A stretch of DNA of 64,000 nucleotides from an uncultured Chloroflexia bacterium (GCA_963765765.1 CAVXYC010000015.1:704001-768000); one strand, 5' to 3'. Shown: positions 1 through 10,462, counted from the first letter of the stretch. Numbers and translations are program-made. The notes: a model not told the origin generated them from the letters alone.

Positions 1-2
1 AC

Positions 3-668
3 TACACGCTTCTGTGTGTGAGCTGTCACGGCGTGGACGGTCTGGGGGCTGTCGTGCCGGGCACGGATCCGGTCCGGGTGGCTCCTCAGCTCAATCGGGC
101 GGACTTCCGACCGACTGATCCAGATGAGATCAAGAAGCAGTATGACCTTATCTATAAGACGATCCAGCGTGGTCGGCCCGGTACACCGATGCCGGCGTGG
201 GGACAGTCGGACGGTGGAACGCTGATTCCTGAACATATTCACGAGCTCGTGACGCTCATCATGCGCGGCGATAAGCAGATCCACGGTCGAACACCCTGGC
301 AGCTCGTGGAGCATGAGGCAGAGAACCACATCGCCGAAGGCACACTGAAGCGTCCGGAGGAGCTTCCTGAAGATCCCAATGCACCTCCAGGTCAGCGCGT
401 CTTCGTCGCCAGTGGTTGCGGGGCGTGCCACACGCTCGAAGGCATTCCTGGCGCTGCTGGCGTCGTTGGTCCGCCACTCACCAACATCGGCAACGTTGGT
501 GCGACTCGGAAACCCGGCACATCGGCTGAGGACTATATTCGCGAGTCGATCGTGAACTCCAACGCGTTCTTGGTTCCCGGATTCCCCCCCGTGATGCCCT
601 CCGGACTTGTCTCGAACCCAACCGATCTCAACAATCTCGTGGAATTCCTCGCGAGCAGGAAGCAGTAG
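3..668 (+). CDS. Di-heme c-type cytochrome (5' partial)
   Basis: The frame from nt 3 reads YTLLCVSCHG (CxxCH). A second CGACH follows, with GPPL and YIRESI..P..M motifs typical of cytochrome c domains. Confidence 0.85.
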   Translation, partial: YTLLCVSCHGVDGLGAVVPGTDPVRVAPQLNRADFRPTDPDEIKKQYDLIYKTIQRGRPGTPMPAWGQSDGGTLIPEHIHELVTLIMRGDKQIHGRTPWQLVEHEAENHIAEGTLKRPEELPEDPNAPPGQRVFVASGCGACHTLEGIPGAAGVVGPPLTNIGNVGATRKPGTSAEDYIRESIVNSNAFLVPGFPPVMPSGLVSNPTDLNNLVEFLASRKQ

Positions 669-689
669 CTGTCCTAATCTGACGACGCC

Positions 690-727
690 AAAAGGCGGTG
701 CGGGCATTTGCCCGCACCGCCTTTTTT
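690..727 (+). terminator. Rho-independent terminator
   Basis: GGCGGTGCGGGC-ATTT-GCCCGCACCGCC stem followed by a T-run and preceded by an A-run. Confidence 0.85.
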
Positions 728-973
728 GTTGTCCTGAGATCTCCCAGCACCATGCGTCCCTTGGGCCCCGCGAGTGCCTAAGGGGAGGGCGCCTACCGGC
801 TCTGTGGAACCAATTACATTGACGGTCGTATGCTTGCCGATCGTGACTTTAAAAATTATGAGAAGGTCTGTGACGCGCCTGTTACTTAGAAGTGCACCAG
901 ACGCGGCAGGTGATTGTTAATCTTGGGGCGCGGAAAACTTCCGCCCTGACAGACCGATCAAGGTGAAGGCGAA

Positions 974-1306
974 GTGTTCGAAGTAAGTGAGCTGATTGGC
1001 CAATCGAACGTCATTCGCGGCGTGGACTTCGGGCGCCGCCGACGCGTCACTGCACCGTTAACGGCCTGGCTTCTCGCCGGTCTCATCGCGGGCGCGTACC
1101 TTGTTCTTTCCGTCATGGCGCTGAAGAATCCGCTTCCCGACGCCTGGTCGCTTTTCTCTGGACCGACCACCTGGACGGGGCTTTCATCGATGACAGTGAT
1201 CGTGTTCGTGGTTGTGGGGGGCGCACTCACAGCCTCGCAGTGGACCATGGCGCGTGGAGGTAGGCGACGGTTTCGCAGCCATCATCGCCGCCTCCTCGAC
1301 GTCTAA
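974..1306 (+). CDS. Small hypothetical membrane protein (2 predicted TM segments)
   Basis: 110-aa ORF with two hydrophobic stretches flanked by Arg-rich segments. No family recognised. Confidence 0.5.
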   Translation: MFEVSELIGQSNVIRGVDFGRRRRVTAPLTAWLLAGLIAGAYLVLSVMALKNPLPDAWSLFSGPTTWTGLSSMTVIVFVVVGGALTASQWTMARGGRRRFRSHHRRLLDV

Positions 1307-1462
1307 CTCCCTCCCCTGGGCGCCATCGTTATCGGACGTCGCGGCCATGTCCGTGACACGGGCATCTCCCTGCCCACGCCTCCTGCCGATAACGGTGGCG
1401 CCTTGCCCCCTTACAGATAGGCTTGGCTTCTCATATGGTCTCGGGACGGCAACCGGTTTGGC

Positions 1463-1490
1463 TTGTCGCGTCCGGACCGTGTGCTATACT
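1463..1490 (+). promoter_or_regulatory. Putative sigma70 promoter of rpsO
   Basis: TTGTCG-N16-TATACT with an extended -10 (TGn), upstream of the AAGGAGG RBS at 1541. Confidence 0.55.
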
Positions 1491-1556
1491 TCTCGACGAG
1501 ATAGAAGACTGAACAGGTGCCAGCGTGCTGGCACGGTACGAAGGAGGGACGGGCGC

Positions 1557-1826
1557 GTGCCCCTCACGCGAGAGGCTAAGGCGGAAATCATAGAACGACA
1601 TCGAGTTAACGAAGCCGATACAGGCTCCGCCGATGTCCAGGTGGCCATCTTGACCAAGCGAATCGCTCAGGTCGCGGATCACCTCAAATCGAACAAGCAT
1701 GACTTCCACACCCGCCGAGGTCTACTTCAAATGGTCGGGCAACGGCGCCGGCTGCTGAAGTACCTCAGTCGGCGTAATCCTGAGCGGTATCAGGCTCTCA
1801 TCCAGAGTCTCGGACTCCGCCGTTAA
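1557..1826 (+). CDS. rpsO: 30S ribosomal protein S15
   Basis: GTG start after AAGGAGG; 89 aa with [31 protein letters not shown] and LGLRR; lies upstream of pnp. Confidence 0.97.
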   Translation: MPLTREAKAEIIERHRVNEADTGSADVQVAILTKRIAQVADHLKSNKHDFHTRRGLLQMVGQRRRLLKYLSRRNPERYQALIQSLGLRR

Positions 1827-1844
1827 TCGACGATGACGCGTCAA

Positions 1845-1867
1845 GCGCCCGCCTTTCGGCGGGCGCT
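1845..1867 (+). terminator. Hairpin after rpsO (terminator or processing stem)
   Basis: GCGCCCGCC-TTTC-GGCGGGCGC stem; weak U-tract. Confidence 0.5.
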
Positions 1868-1965
1868 GCATTTCAGAAGATTTCTGTCACGCAGTCACGT
1901 CTTTTCCAAAGAGGCGGCAACACCCGCCTCTTCAATGCTCCCGCATTGGTAGCTGAAGGAGAACT

Positions 1966-4524
1966 ATGCCCATAACAAAGTTGGAGACCGAGATCGGCGG
2001 TCGAGTCCTGTCAATCGAGCATGGACGCGTCGCGGGTCTCGCGGATGGTGCCGTGATGGTGCGATACGGGGACACAATTGTCCTGGCCACCGTTGTCACG
2101 TCCGAGGAGCCGCGCGAAGGAATCGACTTCTTCCCGCTTCAGGTTGAGTACGAGGAGAAGATGTACGCCGCGGGCAAGATCCCTGGCGGATTCATCAAGC
2201 GCGAAAGTCGGCCCACTGAGAATGCGATTCTTACCGCGCGTGTCACCGATCGACCGCTCCGACCGCTTTTCCCGAAGGACTATCGAAACGACGTTCAGGT
2301 TGTCCTGACGGTCATGTCGGTGGATCAGGTCAATGACCCGTCCATCTGTGCAATCATCGGCGCATCCGCCGCGGTCACCGTATCGAGCATTCCCTTCTAC
2401 GGTCCCGTTGGTGCAGTACGCGTTGGCTACAAGAATGGCGAGATCATCATTAATCCGCCGCTGGCTGACATGGCTGACTCCGACCTGGATCTGATGCTCG
2501 CCGGAACCTCCGACGCCGTTCTCATGGTTGAGGCTGGAGCCAATGAGCTCAGCGAAGACGAGATGCTGCGAGCGATCGAAGCGGGCCACAAAGCGTTCCA
2601 GCCGATCATCGATCTGCAGAACCAGCTCCGCGAGCAGGTTGGCAAGCCAAAGCTCGAGGTTCCGGACTCCAAGCCCGACGAGCAGCTCGTGGCAGACGTC
2701 AAGTCTCATTTAGGCGGCCGACTCGAAGAAGAGATCTTTAATCCTGACAAGGCGACTCGAGAAGACTCGACGCGTGAGCTCCGCAAAGAGACCGTCGCTG
2801 CACTTTCCGAGAAGTACGAGCCCAAGGCCATCTCCAAGGTCTTCGAGTCCATGGTGAAGTCGGCTGTTCGGAACAACATTCTCGAGAACGGACGGCGGCC
2901 TGATGGGCGGAAGCTGGATGAGGTCCGCCCCATCACCGTGGAAGTAGGAGTGCTTCCGCGTACGCACGGGTCAGCGCTCTTCACGCGGGGTCAAACCCAG
3001 GCGCTAACGATCTGTACACTCGGCACCGAGGCGGACGAGCAGCGCATCGACTCTATTGGATTGGATGCGCCGAAGCGATACATCCATCACTACAATTTCC
3101 CACCATACTCGGTCGGTGAGGCGCGCCCGATGCGCGGTCCTTCCCGTCGAGACATTGGCCACGGTGCCCTCGCCGAACGAGCTCTTTACGCCGTACTCCC
3201 ACCAAAGAGCGAGTTCCCATACACGATGCGGCTCGTCTCCGAGATCCTGTCTTCCAACGGCTCGACGTCCATGGCTAGCGTCTGCGGGAGCTCACTTTCG
3301 CTGATGGATGCGGGCGTGCCAATCAAGGCGCCGGTAGCTGGCGTGGCTATGGGGCTGATCACCGGCGACGGCGGCGATCTCAACAAGTACGCCGTTCTTA
3401 CCGACATCCAGGGTGTGGAAGACGCGCTGGGTGACATGGACTTTAAGGTCGCGGGAACCACCAAGGGGATTACCGCCCTACAGATGGACATCAAAGTCCG
3501 CGGCATCACGCCGCAGATCATGCGCGACGCGATGGCCCAGGCCCGCGAAGGTCGCATGTTCATCATGGGCAAGATGACGGAAGTCATCACCCAGGCGCGA
3601 GTGGAGCTTTCCCCGCATGCGCCGCGAGTGACCACCATTAAGATCAACCCCGATCGGATCCGAGATATCATCGGCCCCGGTGGTCGGATGATCCGGAAGA
3701 TCACTGACGAGACCAAGACGTCAATCGATATCCAGGATGACGGCACGGTACTGATCGGCTCCACAAACGTAGAAAATACACAGAAGGCGATCGACACCAT
3801 CACGGGCCTCACCAAGGACGTCTCCGCGGGCGACGTCTACACCGGTAAGGTCACGCGGGTCATGGCGTTCGGTGCGTTTGTCGAAGTGCTTCCCGGCAAG
3901 GAAGGCCTCGTTCACATTTCTGAGCTCTCTGATCGCCGAGTGGGCAAGGTTGAGGACGTGGTCAACATTGGCGATGAGGTCAAGGTGGTGGTCACCGAGA
4001 TCGATCGTCAGGGACGCATCAATCTTTCTCGCCGAGCCCTCCTGGAGGAGAGCGAAGTTCCAGAGGGCGAAGAGCCTCCGGCCGAGGAAGAGCGCGGATT
4101 CCGCTCCCGTCCACCACGTAGAGAAGACGGTGGACGGAACGGCTTCGGCGGTGGCGGTGGCGGTAGCCGTGGTGGTTTCGATGGTGGGCGCCCGCCCCGT
4201 CGGAGTGGCTACGGCGGTCGAGAAACGGAGGGTGGACCTTCCCGAGAGCGTGATGCCCGTCCGCCACGTGAGGTTGAAGATCGTCCGCGACCACCGCGAG
4301 AGGGCAACGACCGACCGCCACGACCGCAACGCGAGGGCGACGATCGACCGCCTCGTGATTATGGCAACCGGCCTGAGCGCGAGGAACGTCCGAGACCGTC
4401 TCGAGAAGGCGATTCCCGCCCTCCTCGTGATGGTGACGGACGGCCACCACGTGAAGGTGAGGGCGCCCGTCGTCCCGCCACGAATCCCGAGCGTGGTACT
4501 CCGCCCCGCGGGACGTGGTGGTAA
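1966..4524 (+). CDS. pnp: Polyribonucleotide nucleotidyltransferase (PNPase) with a long low-complexity C-terminal tail
   Basis: DFFPL..YEEK.YAAGKIPGGF.KRE, HGSALFTRGQTQ, SNGSTSMAS, EDALGDMDFKVAG, then KH and S1 domains. Confidence 0.98.
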   Translation: MPITKLETEIGGRVLSIEHGRVAGLADGAVMVRYGDTIVLATVVTSEEPREGIDFFPLQVEYEEKMYAAGKIPGGFIKRESRPTENAILTARVTDRPLRPLFPKDYRNDVQVVLTVMSVDQVNDPSICAIIGASAAVTVSSIPFYGPVGAVRVGYKNGEIIINPPLADMADSDLDLMLAGTSDAVLMVEAGANELSEDEMLRAIEAGHKAFQPIIDLQNQLREQVGKPKLEVPDSKPDEQLVADVKSHLGGRLEEEIFNPDKATREDSTRELRKETVAALSEKYEPKAISKVFESMVKSAVRNNILENGRRPDGRKLDEVRPITVEVGVLPRTHGSALFTRGQTQALTICTLGTEADEQRIDSIGLDAPKRYIHHYNFPPYSVGEARPMRGPSRRDIGHGALAERALYAVLPPKSEFPYTMRLVSEILSSNGSTSMASVCGSSLSLMDAGVPIKAPVAGVAMGLITGDGGDLNKYAVLTDIQGVEDALGDMDFKVAGTTKGITALQMDIKVRGITPQIMRDAMAQAREGRMFIMGKMTEVITQARVELSPHAPRVTTIKINPDRIRDIIGPGGRMIRKITDETKTSIDIQDDGTVLIGSTNVENTQKAIDTITGLTKDVSAGDVYTGKVTRVMAFGAFVEVLPGKEGLVHISELSDRRVGKVEDVVNIGDEVKVVVTEIDRQGRINLSRRALLEESEVPEGEEPPAEEERGFRSRPPRREDGGRNGFGGGGGGSRGGFDGGRPPRRSGYGGRETEGGPSRERDARPPREVEDRPRPPREGNDRPPRPQREGDDRPPRDYGNRPEREERPRPSREGDSRPPRDGDGRPPREGEGARRPATNPERGTPPRGTWW

Positions 4525-4537
4525 GCTCGTGTGAGAC

Positions 4538-4571
4538 GTATAGGGGAGATCCGCAAGGATCTCCCCTATAC
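4538..4571 (+). terminator. Hairpin after pnp
   Basis: Perfect 15-bp stem GTATAGGGGAGATCC/GGATCTCCCCTATAC with a GCAA (GNRA) tetraloop. Confidence 0.75.
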
Positions 4572-4612
4572 TATTCGGGTTAGCGTTCATCCTTTAAAAC
4601 AAGGCGGAGATT

Positions 4613-5425
4613 GTGGCGGAGCGGAAGCCTCTCATCAAGGTCATCGTTGCCGGGGCACTCGGAAGGGTCGGCAGCCAGATGATTACCGGTCTGGCCGCCG
4701 ACGATGAGCTTGACTTAGCTGGTGGCGCCGATCCCATTGCCGCCGAGGAATACCGGGAGCTGCCTGGTGGCGGCGGACTGATTCCAATCACCAAGTCTGT
4801 TGGGCCGCTGATCACCCGGGTTCGTCCGGATGTGATGGTGGACTTTACGCATCCGACTTCAGTGATGGAAAACGTCCATGTTGCTATTAGCCAGGGCGTG
4901 CGGCCCGTGGTTGGAACTACCGGATTGACTCCTCAACACGTTAGCGAGATCGCTGACGCGCTGCGGAAGGCGGGTATTGGTGGAGTCATTGCTCCTAACT
5001 TTGCCACTGGCGCCAATCTGCTCATGTACTTCGCCCGGGTGGCTTCGCGGTTCTTTCCGTCCGCCGAGATCATCGAGCTTCATCATGATGCGAAGGTGGA
5101 CGCACCATCAGGAACTGCCCTTGCCACTGCCAGGCTTATGCGTGATGCGCGCGACGAGCCCATGCAGGACGCCAGCACGGAGACCTTTACGCTCGATGGT
5201 GTGAGAGGCGGAGTTGAAGGTGGCATCAGAATCCATAGCGTCAGGTTGCCCGGACTCGTAGCTCATCAGGAAGTCATCCTTGGCGGACCGGGGCAGCTTC
5301 TGTCCATGCGCCACGATTCAATGAATCGCGAGTCGTTTGTGCCGGGCGTTGCTCTCGCAATCAAGGAAGTTATGAACCAGTCGGGACTCATCTATGGGCT
5401 CGACAAAATCATGGGGCTGGAGTAG
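4613..5425 (+). CDS. dapB: 4-hydroxy-tetrahydrodipicolinate reductase
   Basis: GALGRVG, DFT.P, VVGTTG, APNFA.G, EIIELHHDAKVDAPSGTA, HSVRLPGLVAHQEV. Confidence 0.96.
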   Translation: MAERKPLIKVIVAGALGRVGSQMITGLAADDELDLAGGADPIAAEEYRELPGGGGLIPITKSVGPLITRVRPDVMVDFTHPTSVMENVHVAISQGVRPVVGTTGLTPQHVSEIADALRKAGIGGVIAPNFATGANLLMYFARVASRFFPSAEIIELHHDAKVDAPSGTALATARLMRDARDEPMQDASTETFTLDGVRGGVEGGIRIHSVRLPGLVAHQEVILGGPGQLLSMRHDSMNRESFVPGVALAIKEVMNQSGLIYGLDKIMGLE

Positions 5426-5535
5426 CGAAGTCCGCTTCGCACCGGTCCCGGGCGCAACTCCAGGCCCCGAGCTTGACATCCGCCTTTGCAAGGCCGCCCG
5501 GCTTTTGACACTCGTTGACTCTTGCAGGAGGACCC

Positions 5536-6558
5536 ATGACTCCGCTTAACGTTGCCATCTTGGGAGCCACTGGACTGGTGGGCCAGGAGTTTCTACGAAT
5601 CCTCGAGGAGCGCAATTTCCCCGTTTGCTCGCTTAAGCTTCTTGCATCGGATCGGTCCGCCGGACGGACCATGCGGTTTCGGGACCAGTCGATCGTGGTT
5701 GAAGAGACGACCGAGCGTTCCTTCGAGGGTATTGACGTGGCGCTCTTCTCAGCCGGTGCAGACATCAGTAGGAAGTTCGCGCCGATAGCTGCCGCCGCCG
5801 GGGCCGTGGTGGTTGATAACAGCGCGGCGTGGCGCATGGAGCCGGATATTCCGCTGGTGGTACCCGAGGTCAACCCGGATGACGCATTCCGGCACAAGGG
5901 TATCATTGCCAATCCCAACTGCTCCACCATCCAGATGGTCGTGGCGCTGGCGCCGATTCACCGCGTGAATCCGATACGCCGAGTCATAGTGGACACATAT
6001 CAGTCGGTTTCCGGCACCGGTGGACCGGCGATCGATGAGCTCATGGAGCAGACTCGTGAGGTGTTGGACGGACAGGCTGCTCATCCGAGCGTCTACCCGC
6101 ATCAGATCGCCTTCAATGTCCTCCCACACATCGATGTTCTCATGGACGACGGCTACTACAAAGAAGAGTGGAAGATGATCCATGAGACGCGGAAGATCAT
6201 GAATATCCCGGAGCTTCCAGTCTCGGCCACGTGTGTCCGTGTACCCGTGCCCATCAGCCATTCTGAATCAGTGCATGCCGAGCTTTCGCGCCCCATGTCA
6301 GCCGACGAAGCACGAGCGATACTTTCCGAAGCGCCCGGCATTGTGGTGACGGACCGACCCGGTGATGCCGTGTATCCACTGCCGAACGACGCCGCCGGTA
6401 CGGACGACGTCTTCGTGGGACGGATTCGACAGGATGCTTCCCACCCCAATGGTATTGTGATGTGGGTTGTTGCGGATAACTTGCGCAAGGGCGCGGCACT
6501 GAATACGATCCAAATTGCGGAGCTCATCTTCTCGCAATCGACGGCGACGACCGCCTAA
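5536..6558 (+). CDS. asd: Aspartate-semialdehyde dehydrogenase
   Basis: GATGLVG, DNSAAWRM, IANPNCSTIQ, YQSVSGTG, CVRVPV..SHSE, DNLRKGAALN; AGGAGG RBS. Confidence 0.96.
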   Translation: MTPLNVAILGATGLVGQEFLRILEERNFPVCSLKLLASDRSAGRTMRFRDQSIVVEETTERSFEGIDVALFSAGADISRKFAPIAAAAGAVVVDNSAAWRMEPDIPLVVPEVNPDDAFRHKGIIANPNCSTIQMVVALAPIHRVNPIRRVIVDTYQSVSGTGGPAIDELMEQTREVLDGQAAHPSVYPHQIAFNVLPHIDVLMDDGYYKEEWKMIHETRKIMNIPELPVSATCVRVPVPISHSESVHAELSRPMSADEARAILSEAPGIVVTDRPGDAVYPLPNDAAGTDDVFVGRIRQDASHPNGIVMWVVADNLRKGAALNTIQIAELIFSQSTATTA

Positions 6559-6590
6559 GTTCCCGGCGGATGGGCCGAGGGAGAACATTC

Positions 6591-7496
6591 ATGGCAGTCG
6601 AGATTGGTCGTGTAGTCACCGCGATGGCAACGCCTTTCGATGAGGCCGGTGCCGTTGACTATCAGCGGGCGCGTCAGCTCGCGAGTGCGCTGGTTGCGTC
6701 TGGAAGTGACGCTCTGGTGGTGACAGGAACCACAGGCGAATCGCCGACGCTGACAATTGACGAGAAATTGACTCTTTATCGAGAGGTCCGCGCCGCGGTG
6801 GGGCCGAGTGTTCCGCTCATCGCTGGCTCTACAAACTACAACACGGCGGAAAGCATTGAGCTCAGCCGAGAAGCGGCGCATCTTGGCATGGACGCAATTC
6901 TCGGAACGGTCCCGTATTACAACAAGCCCCCCAGGCGGGCCTGTATCAGCACTTCAAGGCGCTGGCCGATGCCGTGCCTCTGCCCATCATGCTCTACAAC
7001 GTGCCCACTCGTACGGTAACGAACATGTCGATGGAGACGACGATCAGACTTAGCGAGATCGACAACATCATCGGGATCAAGGAAGCTTCGGGAAATCTCG
7101 ACGCGATCTCCAAAATCATTGCTGGCAGCCGACCCGGGTTTCGGGTGTGGAGCGGCGATGATCCTATGACTCTACCGATCCTGTCAATTGGCGGGTATGG
7201 AGTGGTGAGCGTTGCGAGTCATCTTGTGGGCAACCAGATCGGGGAAATGATCCAGCGCTTTCGTACGCGGCGAAAACGCGGACGCAGCGGCCTTGCACCG
7301 AAATCTGCTTCCGCTGGTGAACGCCCTCTTCGTGACCACGAGCCCGATCCCGCTCAAATACGCGCTGGGACGGGTCGGATTTCCCATCGGCATGTGCCGA
7401 CTACCGCTTGTGGAGATCGATCCTGCGTCTGCCGCGATCGTCGACGCTGAGCTGATGAAGGTTCAGATCGATTTGCCAGTGAGAGCCGTGGTTTAG
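6591..7496 (+). CDS. dapA: 4-hydroxy-tetrahydrodipicolinate synthase (split by frameshifts near 6930 and 7265, probably sequencing errors)
   Basis: TAMATPF, GTTGESPTL, PYYNKP, LYNVP.RT, IKEASG, SGDD and SPIPLK spread across three frames. Confidence 0.92.
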
Positions 7497-7541
7497 GTCA
7501 GCGGCCTAAAATCTGCCATTCCGCCGCTTAGAGTACAAGAT

Positions 7542-7587
7542 GAAAGCCGAAGAGCGACCTCCGCGCGGAGGTCGCTCTTCGGCTTTC
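7542..7587. terminator. Perfect 46-bp palindrome; probable bidirectional terminator between convergent genes
   Basis: GAAAGCCGAAGAGCGACCTCCGC is immediately followed by its exact reverse complement. Confidence 0.7.
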
Positions 7588-7608
7588 TAGCTGACACGGC
7601 CAGTCTGC

Positions 7609-7881
7609 TCAGACGCCCTCGATCTTGTCCATGATCTCGTCCACGATGTCCGGGTTGCACACTCGGATAAACAGCGTGATGGCGCCGCTCGCGATGGCAA
7701 TATCGTCAACGCCGCCAATGAATGGAATCCAGTCAGGAATGATGTCAATCGGCATCAGCACGTAGAGCAACGCCAGCGCGGGAATAAATTTTGCCAGCGT
7801 CGGCACGCGTGGGTCTCGGAAAAGATGCCAGGCTAGCTGTCCTTCCCGCATGAGTCTGGTAGCGATGTTCAGCGGATTCAT
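7609..7881 (-). CDS. DUF1232/YkvA-family small membrane protein
   Basis: DPRVP..AK, LLYVLMPIDIIPDWIPFIGGVDD signature. Confidence 0.88.
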   Translation of the reverse strand: MNPLNIATRLMREGQLAWHLFRDPRVPTLAKFIPALALLYVLMPIDIIPDWIPFIGGVDDIAIASGAITLFIRVCNPDIVDEIMDKIEGV

Positions 7882-8058
7882 ACAGTCAGTATAGTCATTG
7901 GCGTGGTCGCCGACCGTAGCGGTCGAAGACGAGACTGGCAGGGACGCCCAATAGGATTGAGTCGAGAGCAGAACGGAGATAGGCCCGTGGACAGCCAGAC
8001 GACTGTCCCACGGCCGTTCGAGCGATCGGGACGCCTGTCCCACGATCGAATAATAAGG

Positions 8059-8956
8059 TCAGGCTTTGACGAGCCCCATTGTGTTCGCTCGATCCAGCAG
8101 CCAGCGGGCCTTCACCGCGATCGGGTAGTCGATCATGCGGCCTTCCAGTTGAATTGCGGCATCTCCCCGGGCTTCCGCTTCGTCGAACGCGGCGACCACC
8201 TTTCTGGCAAACTCAAGCTCGTCATCTGACGGGGAGAACACTCGATTAATGATATCCACCTGCCCTGGGTAGATGGCAGACTTTCCCTGAAATCCCGGCC
8301 TCAGCGCATTGCGGGCATCGAGCTCCAGCCCCTCGTTGTCTCGTATATCGATCCAAACGGTATCCAATGGGGCGCTCAATGCCCGCGGCGCGCGAAGCAA
8401 GAACCAGGTGGGAGCGAGCATATTGAAGCTCCAATCCATCGGTCCCCCAGAGACTACCGCCGAAGCGGACGCTGACATCCCGGCAGAAGTCTGCGGCCCC
8501 AAAAGAGAGTCGCTTCACACGGGGCGAAGCACTGGCGACGGCTTGTGCGCCCAGCACTCCGCGGGCGGTCTCGATGGTGGGAATGAGGTCCGTTGTTCCC
8601 GAAGCCACACCCGACTGTAATTCCAATCGCGTCAGGATCTCGTCGACTTCCTGTACATCGGACGGCTGCTCCACCTTTGGGAGCTTGATCCCATCGACTT
8701 CGGGGCAATAGATGCCTTCGAGGTCTGCACGAGTTAGCCCAGTTTCGATGGCGTTCACGCGTACGTAGCGGAGCGGACCTGGGGCGAATTTCGGAAGCGC
8801 TTCGAGAACCATCGGTCGAGTGGACTCTTTCTCCGCGATTGGAACCGCGTCTTCGAGATCCAGAATGATGCCGTCGGCTCCAAAATCAGCCACGCGAGCG
8901 AGCTTGCGCGGCTGGTTGCCGGGCGCAAAGAGGAGACTGCGAAGTGGTCTGGTCAT
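8059..8956 (-). CDS. CitE/HpcH-family CoA ester lyase (frameshifted near 8370-8400)
   Basis: RSLLFAPGN, LDLEDAV, YVRVN, LPKVE, IETARG, FGAADF, GK.AI.P.QV and G.MID.P in two frames. Confidence 0.88.
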
Positions 8957-10462
8957 GTTGTGGTCCTCAAATAGCTTCTCGAATGGCTGAGGCTCTGGAC
9001 CCGCAAGTCAAACTCCATGACCCGCGGTTCAGAGATCGGCTCCATCGAAGGAGATGGAACTGCCTGGATATTCGGCTGTCGTAGATGCCATTCTGTGGCT
9101 CGCTCGTAGGCGTCGCAGAGACGGAGCACGGTCGGCTCTTCAAAGGCCCGGCCTGAGAGAAGCAATCCGATTGGCATGCCCTGATGATCAAAGCCGCATG
9201 GCACGGAAAGCGAGGGTTGGCCGGTGGCGTTGAAGACGCGGTTGAACTGCCCTCGTAATGGAGGTCGTGACTCCGCCTCTTCGTGAAATGTCGGCGCGGT
9301 GCGCACCATCGTTGGGGTGGCAATCACATCAACTCGAGTGAGCGCGTCTGACATCGACCGGCAAAACATCGTGCGTCCACGCTGAGCCTGAATGTACTCA
9401 GTGGCCGTATGGAAGAGCGCCGGTCGGATTCGTTCCCAGAATCCCCGCCCATAGAGCGCGCGCTTCGTTTGCAGCCATTGCTCGTGATACGCGACTGCTT
9501 CGGAAAGCATGATTGTGGATTGAATCGCCTCGGCGTGATCAATCCCCAGGGATCTCGATGTCCAAAACGTCTGCGCCAAGCTGAGTCAGCGTCTGCAGCG
9601 CTTCATTGAAGCTCTGCAGCACTGCCGACTCAAGCGACGGGGCTGATTCCACGAATCGCCGCGGCACGCCAACACGGAGGCCTCTTGCCGAACCGGAAAG
9701 CCCGGATGAGTAGTCAGGAATATCTACGTATGCGCTGGCAGCGTCCGCTGGATCATAGCCCGCGATTGCCTGAAGCATGATCGCCGTATCCGCAACGGTG
9801 CGCGTCATTGGACCGGCATGGTCAAGCGACCAGGACAGCGGCAGGACGCCGGCACGACTGACCAGGCCGTATGTGGGCTTCAATCCGACGATGCCACAGT
9901 AAGCGGCTGGACCGCGTATCGATCCACCAGTGTCACTACCCAACGCTCCGCCACACAGCCCGGCGGCAACGCTCGCTCCAGAGCCAGAGCTCGAACCACC
10001 CGGTACTCGATCCGTAGACCATGGGTTATGCGCGGGCGGAATCTCGTCGTCGAGGTAGGGGCTGCCAATGGCAAACTCATGCATCATGAGTTTGCCCAGC
10101 AAGATTGCGCCCGCGGCGGTGAGCTTGCTGGTTACCGTGGCGTCCTGTGAGGGCACGCGATCCCAGAGTACTCGCGAGCCCCCAGTCGTGCGAATACCCG
10201 CGGTGTCGAAGAGATCCTTCAAAGCGATCGGAATTCCGTGCATGGACCCGCGGGAGCGACCCTGGGCAAGCTCGCGGTCCGCTCGCTCAGCTTCAGTGCG
10301 TGCTCGATCGGCGGTGACCGTTAGGAAGCTCTTGAGCTTGCCGTCTAATGACTCGATACGGCCAAGATAGGCATCGGTGAGCTCTGCCGCGGTGATCTCG
10401 TGAGAGTGGAGCAGCTTGCTAAGGCGTGTGATTGGTAGCAGCGGCAGCTCGGAGGCGCTCAC
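8953..10462 (-). CDS. Amidase signature family enzyme (GatA/AtzE-like; frameshift near 9545)
   Basis: HGIPIALKDLF, PGGSSSGSG, GSDTGGSIRGPA..CG; C-terminal FNATGQPSLSVPCGF..GMPIG in the next frame. Confidence 0.9.

Noticed and set aside
1212-1556. N-terminal extension of the 204-aa ORF ending in S15
   Set aside because: S15 starts at GTG 1557 with its own RBS and promoter; the upstream part is a chance open frame.
4240-4470. Repeated units as a CRISPR or VNTR array
   Set aside because: They are degenerate coding repeats of the PNPase tail, with no constant repeat-spacer structure and no cas genes. No CRISPR array, tRNA or rRNA was seen in the window.
5426-5535. Lysine riboswitch in the dap/asd cluster
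   Set aside because: The gap is too short and has no L-box consensus.
6920-7270. Programmed frameshifting in dapA and other split genes
   Set aside because: Shifts are numerous, go in both directions and lack slippery heptamer plus stimulator signals; sequencing error is more parsimonious.
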